Part shown: positions 1-11,427 of the stretch, one piece after another
Layout: each line of letters starts with the position of its first letter
Numbering within the stretch: the stretch's first letter is position 1
The notes under the pieces: model-generated
What the model was told of the DNA's origin: nothing
Seen by the model: only the letters and a program-made list of their open reading frames with translations
Databases searched by the model: none
NCBI RefSeq assembly: GCF_018977255.1
Contig: NW_024704743.1
Coordinates: 15,130,001 to 15,194,000 of the forward strand
DNA length: 64,000 nucleotides
Direction: 5' to 3'
Source of the DNA: Callorhinchus milii
Lineage: Eukaryota
Position numbers and translations under genes: made by a program

Positions 1-579
1 CTAGTTTGATAACTTCTTGAAAAATATTTACTGCAATGGTCTTGACTAATTCATAGTAAAACCAGATTCAAATCTGTGTAAGGATTTTTGTTGGTCAGAA
101 CAATAAATGAGCAACAAAAATAGATTGATCAACTGTAAATATAGTGTTCATATCCCGCTGAATTAAAGTAACTCCAAATAATGCCTTTCTATGCTTCTTC
201 CCTGCTGGATCTGAAGTCTTGGCTCTTAAATTGCTTGTTTAGTTAGAATATCAGTGTTCTGCTGTTCCTAGTTTCAATCCTGCATTCCCCCTAACCTTGG
301 AAGGGCAATTTAAAGCACTGGAACACTTGAAAACATACATGAGAGTTTTGATGGAGGTTTTCTTAAAAGGACAATTTCTTTGTTTTTCAGGTCATTGCTT
401 CTGATGATCTGACTTATGAAAAACAAAATAAATTTGTTTTAAATGGCTTGTTTAAATGGCTTCATGATGTATCAAATCAAATCATTTGGTTTCTGATCTT
501 TTGGCTTGTTCCATGAATTTTATTGCTCAGTAAAAGGCATTTAAATATACCAAGTTCAATTCAAAATTCTAACATTAGA

Positions 580-935
580 GAAGTGGTTTGGCACAGTTAT
601 CCCTTGCATGCTTGTCTCTGGATCCTGAGTTCAAGCCCAACTTTGGGATTTTAGCTGATGGTCCAGATTGACATTCCATTGCGCTACTGTAGAATTTTGC
701 ACAATTACTCAAAGTGGTGTCCTAATGAGATGTTAAACGGATGTCTCGTCTTTGGATTCAGGTGGATATTAAAGAACCCATGATTCTTTTGGTAAATTTC
801 TCTTGGCCAAATGTCCTCCAAATAAATTGGCCATTTGCTTCACGGCTGTTTGTGGAACATTTTTGTTTTTTGCGTTTGCCTATAAATATGCAATCACTAT
901 ATTTGACAGTAATTACATATGATGATGATCTTTGA
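580..935 (+). mobile_element. Old Deu-domain SINE, degraded
   Basis: tRNA-like head (gagttcaagccc) and Deu core atgagatgttaaac...caggtggatattaaagaacccatg. Confidence 0.5.
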
Positions 936-1136
936 GATGTGCTGACCTCATGGGTATGAATATCAAATTGCAACTTTTAGTTGTTCGATGTAATATTTTT
1001 GAAGATAGTTTCTATAGTCTCAATCTACCCAAGTGTAAGCCTTGCCTTCTTCCAGACAAGAAACAGATCTGTGTTATAGCATATGTCTGTGACTTAGTAT
1101 CTTTGTATTTTCTTTTCAATCTTTCTTATTTTCCAG

Positions 1137-1228
1137 TTTATTTGGGACCGATTAGCTTCAGGGTTTAAACACAAGAACTTTCGGACACGTGAAGGAGTTT
1201 GCCTCTGTCTCATTACTACGCTTTCCAA
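1137..1228 (+). CDS. CLASP2: CLASP2 internal coding exon (TOG1 C-terminal HEAT repeats), FIWDRLASGFKHKNFRTREGVCLCLITTLS(N)
   Basis: Polypyrimidine tract + ttccag acceptor, AA|gtaagt donor; 92 nt, phase 0 to 2. Peptide matches the CLASP family; LASGFKHKNF and EGVCLCL are CLASP2-type. Confidence 0.93.
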
Positions 1229-1487
1229 GTAAGTACAAGTTTATATTTGGATCAGTTAAATTTGTATTTGACTCATTTCAGATATTCACAACTTTTATTT
1301 GGAGAAGTGTGAGTATTTACTTTCAGAAGAATAATGTAACACTTTCTGGTCTGTTAAAGTTAACCATTGTGGTAATGTTTTGAAATATTTTAATAGCAGA
1401 TTAGGTTAAAGATGCATCAAGCATTTTGATCCTGTTTTCAGGTTTAAAAAAAACTGCACACAGTGGATATATTTCATGAATCCTCTC

Positions 1488-1800
1488 GCTTCCCTGGTGG
1501 CCAGGAGGGTAAAGGCACCACTTTGTGCATAATTAGGCTGCGTAGACTGAAATTATGCAGTTTATGCATGTGTTAGCTGATTTCAGCCAGGGCAATAGTG
1601 GGACACAAAAACTGGCCTCAGTGTGGCTGGACCAAGGAGGGGAACATCAGTCAAGTAGTTTCTGGTCCTTATCACTAACTGGAGACCATGATAGAAGGTG
1701 CATTTATTTGAACATCTTCTGACAACAGAATTTAACTCATCCAGTAGCCTCAGCAACCTGGGTTGGAGTAGAGAAAATCAGATAGCATAGTTGCTCTGAA
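1488..1800 (+). mobile_element. Old SINE-like family B; related copies at ~30330-30600 (-), ~34490-34880 (+), ~48148-48530 (+), ~53960-54280 (+)
   Basis: Shared motifs such as gttagctgatctcagccagggc, attggcctcag and tcctgatcgctatccag, recognisable across diverged copies. Confidence 0.45.
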
Positions 1801-2747
1801 ATGGTATCTAATGATTGTTGACGGAGTTGGATTTAGGTTGAGAGCAGACTACAACATCATACATTATCTACTCTTCCCCCAGTTTTATCTTGATTGAATT
1901 TTCTTGATTTAAGTCAAAAATAATTTTGTTGGCCAACACTGCTAAACGGTGCCCTGTTTGAACCCATATTAGCCTCGATCCATAACTCCTTCACTTGGCT
2001 TTCTCTCATCTCCACAATACTGCCCACATCACTCTCCCCTAAGGTCCTGTGACCCTCATTCATACGTTTTTGGTCACTTTTCCTTCATCCCTCCCCCATC
2101 TTTTTCAACTGCGTTTTTAGTCGATTTTCCTCCCCCCCCACCCCACAGCTGGGGCTCCCAGTCAGCTCCAAGAAATTTGATATTATGTCCTGAGGTGACA
2201 TAATATCAACCTGTACAAATGCAAAATTGCTGTATTTGCTTGCTTGCTATTGAAGCAAGAAATCTTGAGATTCATGAGCATTTATAAATCAAGGATTGTG
2301 CTGTGGAACTCTGCTTTGACTTTTAAAAAATAAATGAGGATTGAAGTAAGAAGCAGAGAGTTTGGCAAGGAAAATAATGCTGTGAAATTCTTGGCTGGAT
2401 GTTACAAACTAACTATTTGCAGCACTAAATGTTTAAGATATTTTTCTGTTTCTCATCAGCCCTTCATTTTAGAGATTAAAGATAATTTTGTTTGTGGCCA
2501 GCAATAATTGCAGGGCAGAACATGTACTGTTAATACAGTAGTTCCTTGTAAAATTATAGTGTCCATTTTAAGATCATTATAATTTTTGAGATTTTTTAGA
2601 TAATTTTTATACATTCAATTCTACAGCAATTTCACAAACAAAAAAGACTTGTTAACTTGATATGTTACCTAGATGAAAACTCAAATGTCTATAGTTTTCC
2701 AAATTCTATGCAATGTTTGAAATTAATTTAAATTCTCTCTTTTACAG

Positions 2748-2823
2748 TTATGGAGCACAGCCATTAACATTAAGCAAAATTGTACCACATATATGCAACT
2801 TATTAGGAGATCCAAATAGTCAG
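2748..2823 (+). CDS. CLASP2: CLASP2 internal coding exon, (N)YGAQPLTLSKIVPHICNLLGDPNSQ
   Basis: tttacag acceptor, CAG|gtaagt donor; 76 nt, phase 2 to 0, in frame with the previous exon. Confidence 0.95.
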
Positions 2824-4296
2824 GTAAGTACTCACTCTCTTTTAATAATTTGTGAGCATTTCTTTAGGTCAAACAAGAAGGAGGTCGTATTTATTTCCAG
2901 TGTACACTGTAATACAAATTTGCATAGTGCCTTTCACATCGGTAGGACGTCCCAAGACACTTCATAATCGTGGCTTGGCACCTGAGATGGGCGTGGGAGC
3001 TGAAGAGGGCACAGAGGGAAAAGATGACATTATATAAAATACAATGCAGTGAAGATCTATTTGACATGTCAAGACAAACCTCTGTTTAATACCACTAAAG
3101 ATGTGTTTTTTGTTGGACGTTATTTTTGATGTATGTCACTAAGAGGATCCTTTATATTAACTGCTTCAATTTAAACCATTCTTTGTGTTAGAGGAAGTGA
3201 GTCAACTATATTGATAAATAATATAAATTTGCATGAGATTAAGATGATCATTACAACATTTTCTATTTCATGTTTATGCCAGATAAATGATGCATGAAAC
3301 TGATATTTCAGAGAAGTATTGTCTTTCATATGGCAGTTAAAATTATAGAACAGTGACCTATTCAATAGAAATCAATTTTTCAGTTTGCTTCATTACTAAG
3401 CAGCTCAAAAGGACTTAACCCAAGATCATGTTTCTTTAGATGGTTGATGTTTCACTGGGGAAAAAAAATTCTATCCAAAATCTAGTGTAAATGCTATACA
3501 TGATAGATGTTGATTGATTTAAAAGAAAAAATTGCTTACACCGGTTATAAATCCTACATGTACAATGAACAATGGAGCATCAGTCAAGCACTGCTCCCAA
3601 TGCTATGCTTAATGAGGGCACACTCAGTGTTAAACTGGCTCATATGGTGATGGCATTTGATAGTGAGTGTTAATGAAAATCCAAAAGCATTCTGTCAGAT
3701 GTTTCTGAAGATGCAAACCTCTCATTAAGAGATAATTAATCATTAAGTCACAAGCTATTTCCACGTCTCGAAGAATGTGGCAATATTTGTCCAAGTCCCA
3801 TACCACTATGGTGACAAATCAGAAATGGGGCTAATACAGTCATGATACAAATGATATTGCAAAATTCATGGGGTGAACTTGATGATATTTGCATAGCTGC
3901 AGCAGACATAAAGAGCAGGCAATTAGAATTTAAAAATGTTGAGGTTGAATATCTTAAAATGAGATTTTATGAAGATAAAATCTGAGGACATGCATCTCCT
4001 AACTGATGGAAGGTCAACATGGAGAAGTGGATGTGAAGGACACATCTGTACATTTGAGGCACTCCTGAGATTTCAAATGTGTAAGATACCTGGAGCATGA
4101 AGTGATTCAGTTGAGGCTGACAAGTATTAAATAAGAGTTGGAAGTTTAGAAAAATTCTAAAGTGGCCTTGCCTTTATCTAAGTCTGTACATCTACTATTG
4201 TCTGTGTATTGGTGTATGTGTATGTATGTGTGTGTGTGTATATACACATATATATATAGTCCATATCAGAGTCGAACTTTACTTGCTTAGATTGAT

Positions 4297-4790
4297 CAGA
4301 ACAACCTCTCCCTTTCCTCTGGTACTGTTGCCTCCCCATTAAAAACCGCTGTCATTGCTCCTATCCTTAAAAAACCCTCCCTGGACCCTTCTCTACTCCC
4401 TAAATACCACCCCATCTCCAATCTCCCCTTCCTCTCCAAGGTCCTGGAAGGAATTGTTGCTTTTCAGCTTCGCACCTTCCTCTCCTGCCGCTCCCTTCTC
4501 AAACCTCTCCAATCGGGCTTTCATGTCGCCCACAGCACAGAAACAGCCCTGGTCAAAGTGTCAAATAACATTCTGTCCATCTGCGACCAGGGCTTCCTCT
4601 GCCTCCTCGTCTTCCTTGACCTTTCTGCTGCTTTCGACACTGTTGACCACTCTATCCTTATCCACCGCCTCTCCTCTCACCTCAACCTCCACGGTGCTGT
4701 CCTTGATTGGTTCAGATCGTACCTTTCACACCGCCTGCACTTCATCTCCTCAAACAGTTTCTCCTCTAGCTCCTACCTCTCCGACTTCCT
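4297..4790 (+). mobile_element. L2 LINE reverse-transcriptase fragment
   Basis: PISNLPFLSKVLE, QSGF, LVFLDLSAAFDTVDH RT motifs. Confidence 0.85.
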
Positions 4791-4889
4791 AACTGGGTGG
4801 CCTTTTTTTGGGAGTAGTGGGGTGGTCTGGGTGAAGGCGGGACACCAGCGAGATTACAGGAGCTTTCGGGGCCCAGCACTGCACACTGA

Positions 4890-5168
4890 CAAGAGCGAGA
4901 GACGCACACACACTCAGAGACACAAAGAGACACACACACTTACAGACACAGAGAGAGAGTGACAGAGTGAGGCACACAAACACAAAGAGTGACATACGCT
5001 CAGAGACACAGAGAAATACATTCTCAGAGAGACACACACTCACACAGACACTCACAAACACAGAGAGGGAGACGCAGACCTGCGCACGCAGACACTCACA
5101 AATGCATATAGAGAGACATACACACAGACAGTCATACACTCTCTCTCTCTCTCACACACATACACACA
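4890..5168. repeat. Compound (CA)n/(GA)n low-complexity microsatellite
   Basis: Direct inspection. Confidence 0.9.
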
Positions 5169-5319
5169 GTGACGTCAGGTAAACAGCCGTGAGACCTGCC
5201 GGCCAGAAACTACATTTATAGTGTGCTTGTAGTTGAGGAAGGTGTCTGTAGTGGATTCCGCAGGAAAGGTGCAGCTAGACTTTTCTATTGGCCCAGGTTA
5301 TAGCCCCTTCGGAGGTGAT

Positions 5320-5630
5320 TCGCCCTTCAGATGAGATGTTAAACCGAGGCCTCAGCTGCTTGTTCAAGTGGATATTAAAGATCCCAGGGCACTAGTTGAA
5401 AAAAGAAGGGAGTTTCTCCTGGTGTCCTGGCCAATAATCCCCCTATAAAAAAATTGGTCATTCACTTCATGTCTGTTTGTAGGACATTGCTGTGTGCAAA
5501 TAGGCTGGCTACTGTGTTCACTGACGAAATGCACAATCACTACACTTTACCAAAGCTCTTCACAGAATTTACTGTATATTCTCCAGAAGTGAAATGGGCT
5601 TTGCTAAATGTAAGGATTATTATTATTGAT
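5320..5630 (+). mobile_element. Deu-domain SINE; similar copies at ~18985-19385 (+), ~34147-34425 (-), ~51435-51755 (-), ~62843-63240 (-), ~63265-63478 (+)
   Basis: Deu core cagatgagatgttaaaccgaggc...gtggatattaaagatcccagggcact...ggtgtcctggccaata, followed by an L2-type tail and (TTA)n. Confidence 0.7.
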
Positions 5631-6809
5631 TATAATTTGCAGTTACAGCAAGAAGCTATTGCAGAATTGCTAATATATCAAACATTACTCACACTTCCAT
5701 GAGAGGAAGACTAATTGGAAAAGCAGCAACATCTTCCATAATATAGCTGTTTATTATGATTCAGCTGTTCCTGAATTTGCTGAATATACACAGATGCCTT
5801 GCTCCCATTCACTCCTTTAAAACGTTGAGCAGTGGATCTACGCTGAGGACCTATGATTAATGCAGAGCAAGGTAGCAAGAACTTGATATTTGTGGTGTAA
5901 CACTTAGAGGCCACAAAACAGATTGTTACTTTAGCATGCAAGGACTCTAACCAACTTCATCTGTTACTGTAAAATTTCTAGCAATGCAAACTACTGTCTA
6001 ACACCTAAACCAGTAACTGCAGTAACTATGTCTGCATCCAGCAGCCTGGTATGGAGTGTCACTGTTCCACCTACCTCTTTAATGCTGGCAGATATCAACA
6101 CAATGCAACCTGCACTGCAGTGTAGTTCGGTGAAATAATTTATCTGCAAAACTGAGCAAAACACCGTCACGGTGGACTATGATAGCATAAATAGCTATTT
6201 TAGTTGTAAAGGTATCCACAATAATTTGTGTAAGTTTCATCTGTATGATGTTGCACAGAAGAACATGTAAGTGTCATTAATTGTTTAGGTAGACTTGTAT
6301 CACTCCTTTCACTCAAAACAGTGTATAATTTACCATGTACTGCAATTGTAGCTTATCTTTTGAGCTCACGTTTTATATTTCTTTTTAACAATTGCGCTGA
6401 TGTTGTATACTGCTGAAGTGCTTTGCTTTACCTTTTATTATATGCCTATAATAAAGTGGTATGCATTTTACATTTTCACTATTTTAATGATCATATTGAT
6501 GTTGTGTGTGTGTGTATATATATATGTATGCTTATTGCAGTGAAAGATTTAATTATACATAAAACTGCCATTAATAGTAGAAGTAAGTACAGTTTGTAGC
6601 TTGTAGATATGTAATTGAACAAAACGTAAGTAATCAAAGAACATTTTTATACACACTTTTATAAATGACTTATATTTAAATTAATACAATAATTATTCAT
6701 TTCAATGTCCTGCAGCATCCTCCATACAGTCAAACTTATTTAGAACTGGTTGTAAAGACCCTTCTGTTCTGTTGAAAATATGGTAACAGATATAATTGCA
6801 TTTTCACAG

Positions 6810-6907
6810 GTAAGGGATACAGCCATGAATACCATGGTGGAGATTTATCGTCATGTAGGCGAGAAAGTACGATCTGACCTCAGCAAAAAGGGGATTCCTC
6901 AAGCGCG
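6810..6907 (+). CDS. CLASP2: CLASP2 internal coding exon, VRDTAMNTMVEIYRHVGEKVRSDLSKKGIPQA(R)
   Basis: ttttcacag acceptor, CG|gtaagt donor; 98 nt, phase 0 to 2; conserved VEIYRHVGEKVR. Confidence 0.95.
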
Positions 6908-6944
6908 GTAAGTCACTTTAAGCATTTACATCACAAAGATTTAC

Positions 6945-7205
6945 AAAAAATGTACAGCATGGCAACAGGCCACTTGGCCGAAACAGTCCGTGCCGATGTT
7001 TATACTCCACATGAGTCTTCACCCTTTCCTTTACTTCCTTCCCATGTCCTTCTATTTCTCCACTCCCTCCTGTGAACCAGTTGTAATGAACCCCAACCAG
7101 TAGAAACAGCCTATTTACAGTAAGCTTATCAAACTGTTTTATAATTTTAAACTCTTCTGTTAAGTTCTCCCTTAAACATTTCTTCTCTAGCGAAAAAAGA
7201 CCCAC
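6945..7205 (-). mobile_element. CR1 LINE 3' fragment
   Basis: GLFSLEKKCLRENLTEEFKII on the minus strand; 3' UTR shared with the copy at 40740-40800. Confidence 0.65.
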
Positions 7206-8255
7206 AGAAGCACTCTGGGACGTCCTCCCGAAGTGAAAGGTGCTATACAAATGTAGTTTGTTGTTGATATCGGTAAGCTGCCAGCCACAGTATCATCAAC
7301 AACATATATTTGTATCGCGCCTTTCACATCAGGAGGACGTGCCAAGGCGCTGGACAGTCAGGGATCCACACCTGAGCTGATGATTGGGATCAGGAGGGGT
7401 AGAAGGCGGAGAGGGTAGGTAAGTAGGAGGGTGACCGAAGCATGGTCGAAGAGGGGGGTCTTGAAGGCAAGGGAGGAGGCGAGGCGGAGAGACTGTGGGA
7501 TGAAATTCCAGAGGGTGGGGGCAGAGCGGCTGCCCTCAAAAAAAATAATAATTTGGGTTACTCCATTACTGTTTGTGGACACTGCTGTGTGCAATTGGCT
7601 GCCGCGTTTTGCCCACAAATATACAGTCAATTCACTTTACAGTATATTGTGTGAAGCGCTTTGAGACGTCTAGAAGTTTGAACAGTGCTATATCAAAATG
7701 CAAGGTTTGTTATTATGTGTATTTTATACTATGTATTGTAATCCTGGGTAATTAAACTTCACGACAGCAAAAGTTTAGTCACTCATTTAATGCTGATTCT
7801 TGTTCATTGGAAGAACTTGTATGTCATCACTGTTTTATCGAGGAACTCAAACGTTTAACCTATGTTTAAGAGAAATAAATCAACCTACATCTATTTTACA
7901 GTAGGAAGTAGGCTGGCTGGTTGCCATATAAATGTTAAACAGATTTATGTTTGCTTAACCATCAGTTACAGAGATAGGAAGGAGCAAGGTTGTTGAGGGC
8001 TTTGAAGGTGAGGACCGGGATCTTGAACTGTATCCTCTGAGTGATGGAGACCCAGTGGAACCGGGCAAGGATGGGAGTAATAGGGTTGCAGAGCCTGGTG
8101 CGGGAGAGGACACGGGTTGTGGAGTTCTGGATGATCTACAGCCTGTGGAGGGAGGAGTTGGGGTGGCTGCCAAGCAGGAAGTTTACGTAGTCGAGCCTGG
8201 ATGTGACGAATGAGTGGATGAGGGTCTCGGTGGCCTGGGGTGAGAGATAGTGGTG
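7205..8255. mobile_element. Cluster: L2 tail (+, 7205-7266), L2 3' end (-, 7293-7536), SINE tail (+, 7540-7715), L2 fragment (-, 7972-8255)
   Basis: SAPTLWNFIPQSLRLA and [15 protein letters not shown]2 ORF2 C-terminal motifs; shared 3' stem-loop tails. Confidence 0.75.
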
Positions 8256-8979
8256 TTTTTTTTCAGAATTTCCAGTCTTTTTTCTAAGGTACTTTGTTTG
8301 ATATGACATCATGTGGTTGTTCTCCTTTTTGAAAACCAGGAACAAAAATACATAATCTCACTTTCTGGCTGTTTTTTAAAAAAAAGGTTCACTACTTATA
8401 GTTCCTTGAATCAGAGTAAAATCACTCTATAAATACTAGTCTTCAATACTGAGGCTCTCCAGTAGGCTTTCTTCCCCAACATTCGTTTTCAGATTGGGTT
8501 TGATTGCTACATCAGAGCCTTCTCGGGAGAAGCTGTGAATTGGAAAATTGCTTGCTAAAAGGGTAAAAATCATCCTGATTGATCATCATGATTCAGGGCC
8601 TAATTGTTGGTATTCAATGTTCTGCTAAAGGCATTTTGTGAGGTTCTGTCCAGGTGCAGTACTGCATTTAGCCAGTGGAAGCCCTCAGTTAGCTCCAGAA
8701 GTGGTACAGCTTTTTGTGAAGAAAATTAATCAGCGGTACAATTTCACAAGCTTCAAAAGTTATACCAGCTTTCTGCCACTTCTACAATAAAATAACTGGT
8801 CCTGGACATAAGATTTGTGGAACTTTTTCACCCTCAGAGTTGGCCAATTCTGACAGATTCCAGATACTTAGCTATATGCAGTAGCAGATCCGGAAGTCAA
8901 ATTATCCATCTCTACATACGTTACACCAGGAAAATTGAGGACAGATGAGTGGAAGAAAACCATCCTCACAGCTGTGTAC

Positions 8980-9557
8980 AAAAATAGAAGTCGCTGAGAA
9001 CACTCAGCATGAGTCACCATTTCGGGTCCACGACCCTTAAGTCAGAACTGGGGCATGTTGGGAGGGAGAGGCTTTTAAGGGCTAACAGAGAGGGGGGAGG
9101 CAGGGCAAGGAAGACAAAGGAGAAAATGGGGTAGAGAACAGGGGATGATGGGTTAAAGAGGTATTAATAATGCAAAACAAAGTGTGGGGGGGGTTGCAAC
9201 AAAATAGGCAGACCAGAGAGAAAAGGTATTTCTGGAACCAAGATGATGTGATAATGGTCGCAGAAGAGGGGAAGGGGAAAGGTAAGCTGTTACGGTCTGC
9301 AATTGTTGAAATCAATATTGAGGGCTGTAAGGACCTTAGCAGATAAATGAGGTGCTGTTCCTCGAGCTTGCACTGTGGCTCATTGGAACAGCGTAGGAAA
9401 CCGTGGATGGAGAGGTCAGAGTGCGAGTGGGAGGGAGAGTTGAAATGGCAAGAAACCGGAAGTTCGGCGTTGTGCTTGCGGACAGAACGGAGGTGTTCAG
9501 CAAAATTGGTCACCTGATCTGCATTTTGTCTCCCCAGTGTAGAGGAGATCACATTGT
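8980..9557 (-). mobile_element. Penelope-like element 3' fragment (GIY-YIG C-terminus + terminal region)
   Basis: FAEHLRSVRKHNAELPVSCHFNS...KLEEQHLIYLLRSLQP; highly similar to 60045-60662 in the opposite orientation. Confidence 0.8.
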
Positions 9558-9878
9558 GGAGTCCTGTAGCTCAGTGGTTAGAGCACTCGCTTTGCAAGCG
9601 AGAGACCTGAGTTCATTTCCAGGCAGGTCAGGGCGAAACCTTGGGCAAGTTTCCTTACTCCACACGCCTAATAATAATCCCTCCAAAAACAAAACAATAA
9701 TAAATTGGTCATTTTTAATCTACGACTGTTTGTGGGACATTGCTGTGCGCAATTGGCTGCCGCGTTCGCCCACAAATATACAGTCAATTCACTTTACAGT
9801 GTGTTCTGTGAAGCGCTTTCGGACGTCCTTCCGACATGAAAAGCGCTATATCAAATGCAAGGATTATTATTATTATTA
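9558..9878 (+). mobile_element. Full-length tRNA(Ala-like)-derived SINE, short subfamily; other copies at 32255-32580 (-), 33832-34146 (+), 10865-11118 (+, 5'-truncated)
   Basis: A box tagctcagtggttagagc, anticodon arm ctcgc-tttgcaa-gcgag (TGC), B-box-like gttca, Deu-like 3' core, L2-derived tail and (TTA)n. Confidence 0.9.
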
Positions 9879-10864
9879 ACCTCCCCCTCCATATACACTC
9901 TGCCACCCACATTCATGACCACCCACTCCACCTGGTGATTACCCGGGGCCTCAGTGTCGCAGACCTCACAATCACCGATAAAGCTATCTCAGATCACCAT
10001 TTCATCTGCCTTAACTCCTCAATCCATCTCCAATCTCGCTTTCCTTTCCAAGGTCCTTGAAAGAGTTGTTGCTTCCCAGCTTCATTCCTTTCACTCCTGT
10101 CACTCCCTTTACAACCCCTTCCAATCGGGTTTCGGTGCTGCCCACAGTATGGAAACAGCCCCAGTCAAGGTAACAAATGACATTCTGTCCATCTGTGACC
10201 AGGGCTCCCTCTGTCTCCTTGTCCCCCTCAACCTCTCTGCTGCTTTTGACACTGGATCACTCTATCCTCCACCGCTTCTCTCACCTCAACCTTCAAGGTT
10301 CTGACCTTGAACGGTTCATATCCTATATCTTACATCGTCTCCACTTTGTCTCCACAAGTGGCTTCTCCTCCAGGCCGCGCACCATCTTGTGCTGTGTTCC
10401 TCAGGGCTCTGTCCTCGGTCCTCTCCTTTTCGACCTGTACGTGCTCCCTCTTGGTGCCATCATCTGCAGACATGGGGTCAACTTCCACATGTACGCGGAT
10501 GAAACCCAACTCTATCTCTCTGCCTCCATATTTAACTCCTGACAGAATATCTGTCAGACATCAAGTCCTGGATGAGAGCCAATGTTCTACAGTTGAACGT
10601 CAGCAAGATCGAGGCTCTCCTGATTGGCTCTCCAGCGCCTCTGCACCTCAGGCAGTGGCAGGCTCCAAGGATGCACGCTCCAGCTTGCCAAGCCAGTCAG
10701 GAACGTGGGTGTCTTCTTCAACCCTCAAATGTCCTTTCTCCCCCATATCCGTGCCACGACCCGCTCTGCCTTCCCCTACCTTTGCAACATTGCCCGACTT
10801 CGCCACTGCCTTACCCCTCAGGGCACCGAAACCCTCATACATGCCTTCATTACAACCAGGCTAT
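9879..10864 (+). mobile_element. Internally deleted L2 LINE (endonuclease remnant fused to RT)
   Basis: THIHDHPLHLVIT..ISDH endonuclease motifs, then [25 protein letters not shown] and [10 protein letters not shown]. Confidence 0.85.
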
Positions 10865-11427
10865 GCCAGGCAGGGCGACACCTTGGGAAAGTTTCCTTAC
10901 TCCACACGATTAATATTAATCCCTCCAAAACAAAACAATAATAAATTGGTCATTTTCAATCCACGACTGTTTGTTGGACATTGCTGTGCGCAATTGGCTG
11001 CCGCGATTCGCCCACAAATATACGGTCAATTCACTTTACAGTCTATTCTGTGAAGCATTTTGAGACGTCAAGAAGACGTGAAAAGAGCTATATCAAATGC
11101 AAGGATTATTATTATTATAACTTCATCCCCAATATACAAGTGATTTACTATCTTAACAAAATGATAACAAAATCCTGTTGTGTTTGGGATAGATGATGTG
11201 CTATGAAAAGATTGAAATAAACAAAGGGAATATATGGTAGGAACAGAATATGTAAAGGAAGAATCCAAAAGGTTGTAAGAAATATCGAGAATGCAAAAAG
11301 AAAAAATAAACCAATGAAGCTAAATAATCTTGACCATATTGTTCCACCGCAAGTAACAAAATTGCAAATTGAAGTGCGACTTGTTAACTGAATTTAATGG
11401 TGATTACATTTCCTACTTTATAGGCTG

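Noticed and set aside
4789..5182. ORFs rich in C/V/L/S or T/H/R/E
   Set aside because: Translations of the CA/GA microsatellite.
6229..6272. Two GTAAGT donor-like motifs upstream of the 6810 exon
   Set aside because: The 6267 donor has a stop in the frame needed to join exon 6810, and neither motif has a clear acceptor; a non-coding first exon cannot be supported from sequence alone.
9558..9630. tRNA-Ala(TGC) gene
   Set aside because: It is the head of a multi-copy SINE that continues into a Deu-like body and L2 tail, with no proper acceptor stem or Pol III terminator.
10307..11053. Longest ORF in the track (248 aa) and similar ORFs, e.g. 43722-44426 and 22635-23204
   Set aside because: Off-frame or partial readings of decayed L2 and SINE copies, not host genes.
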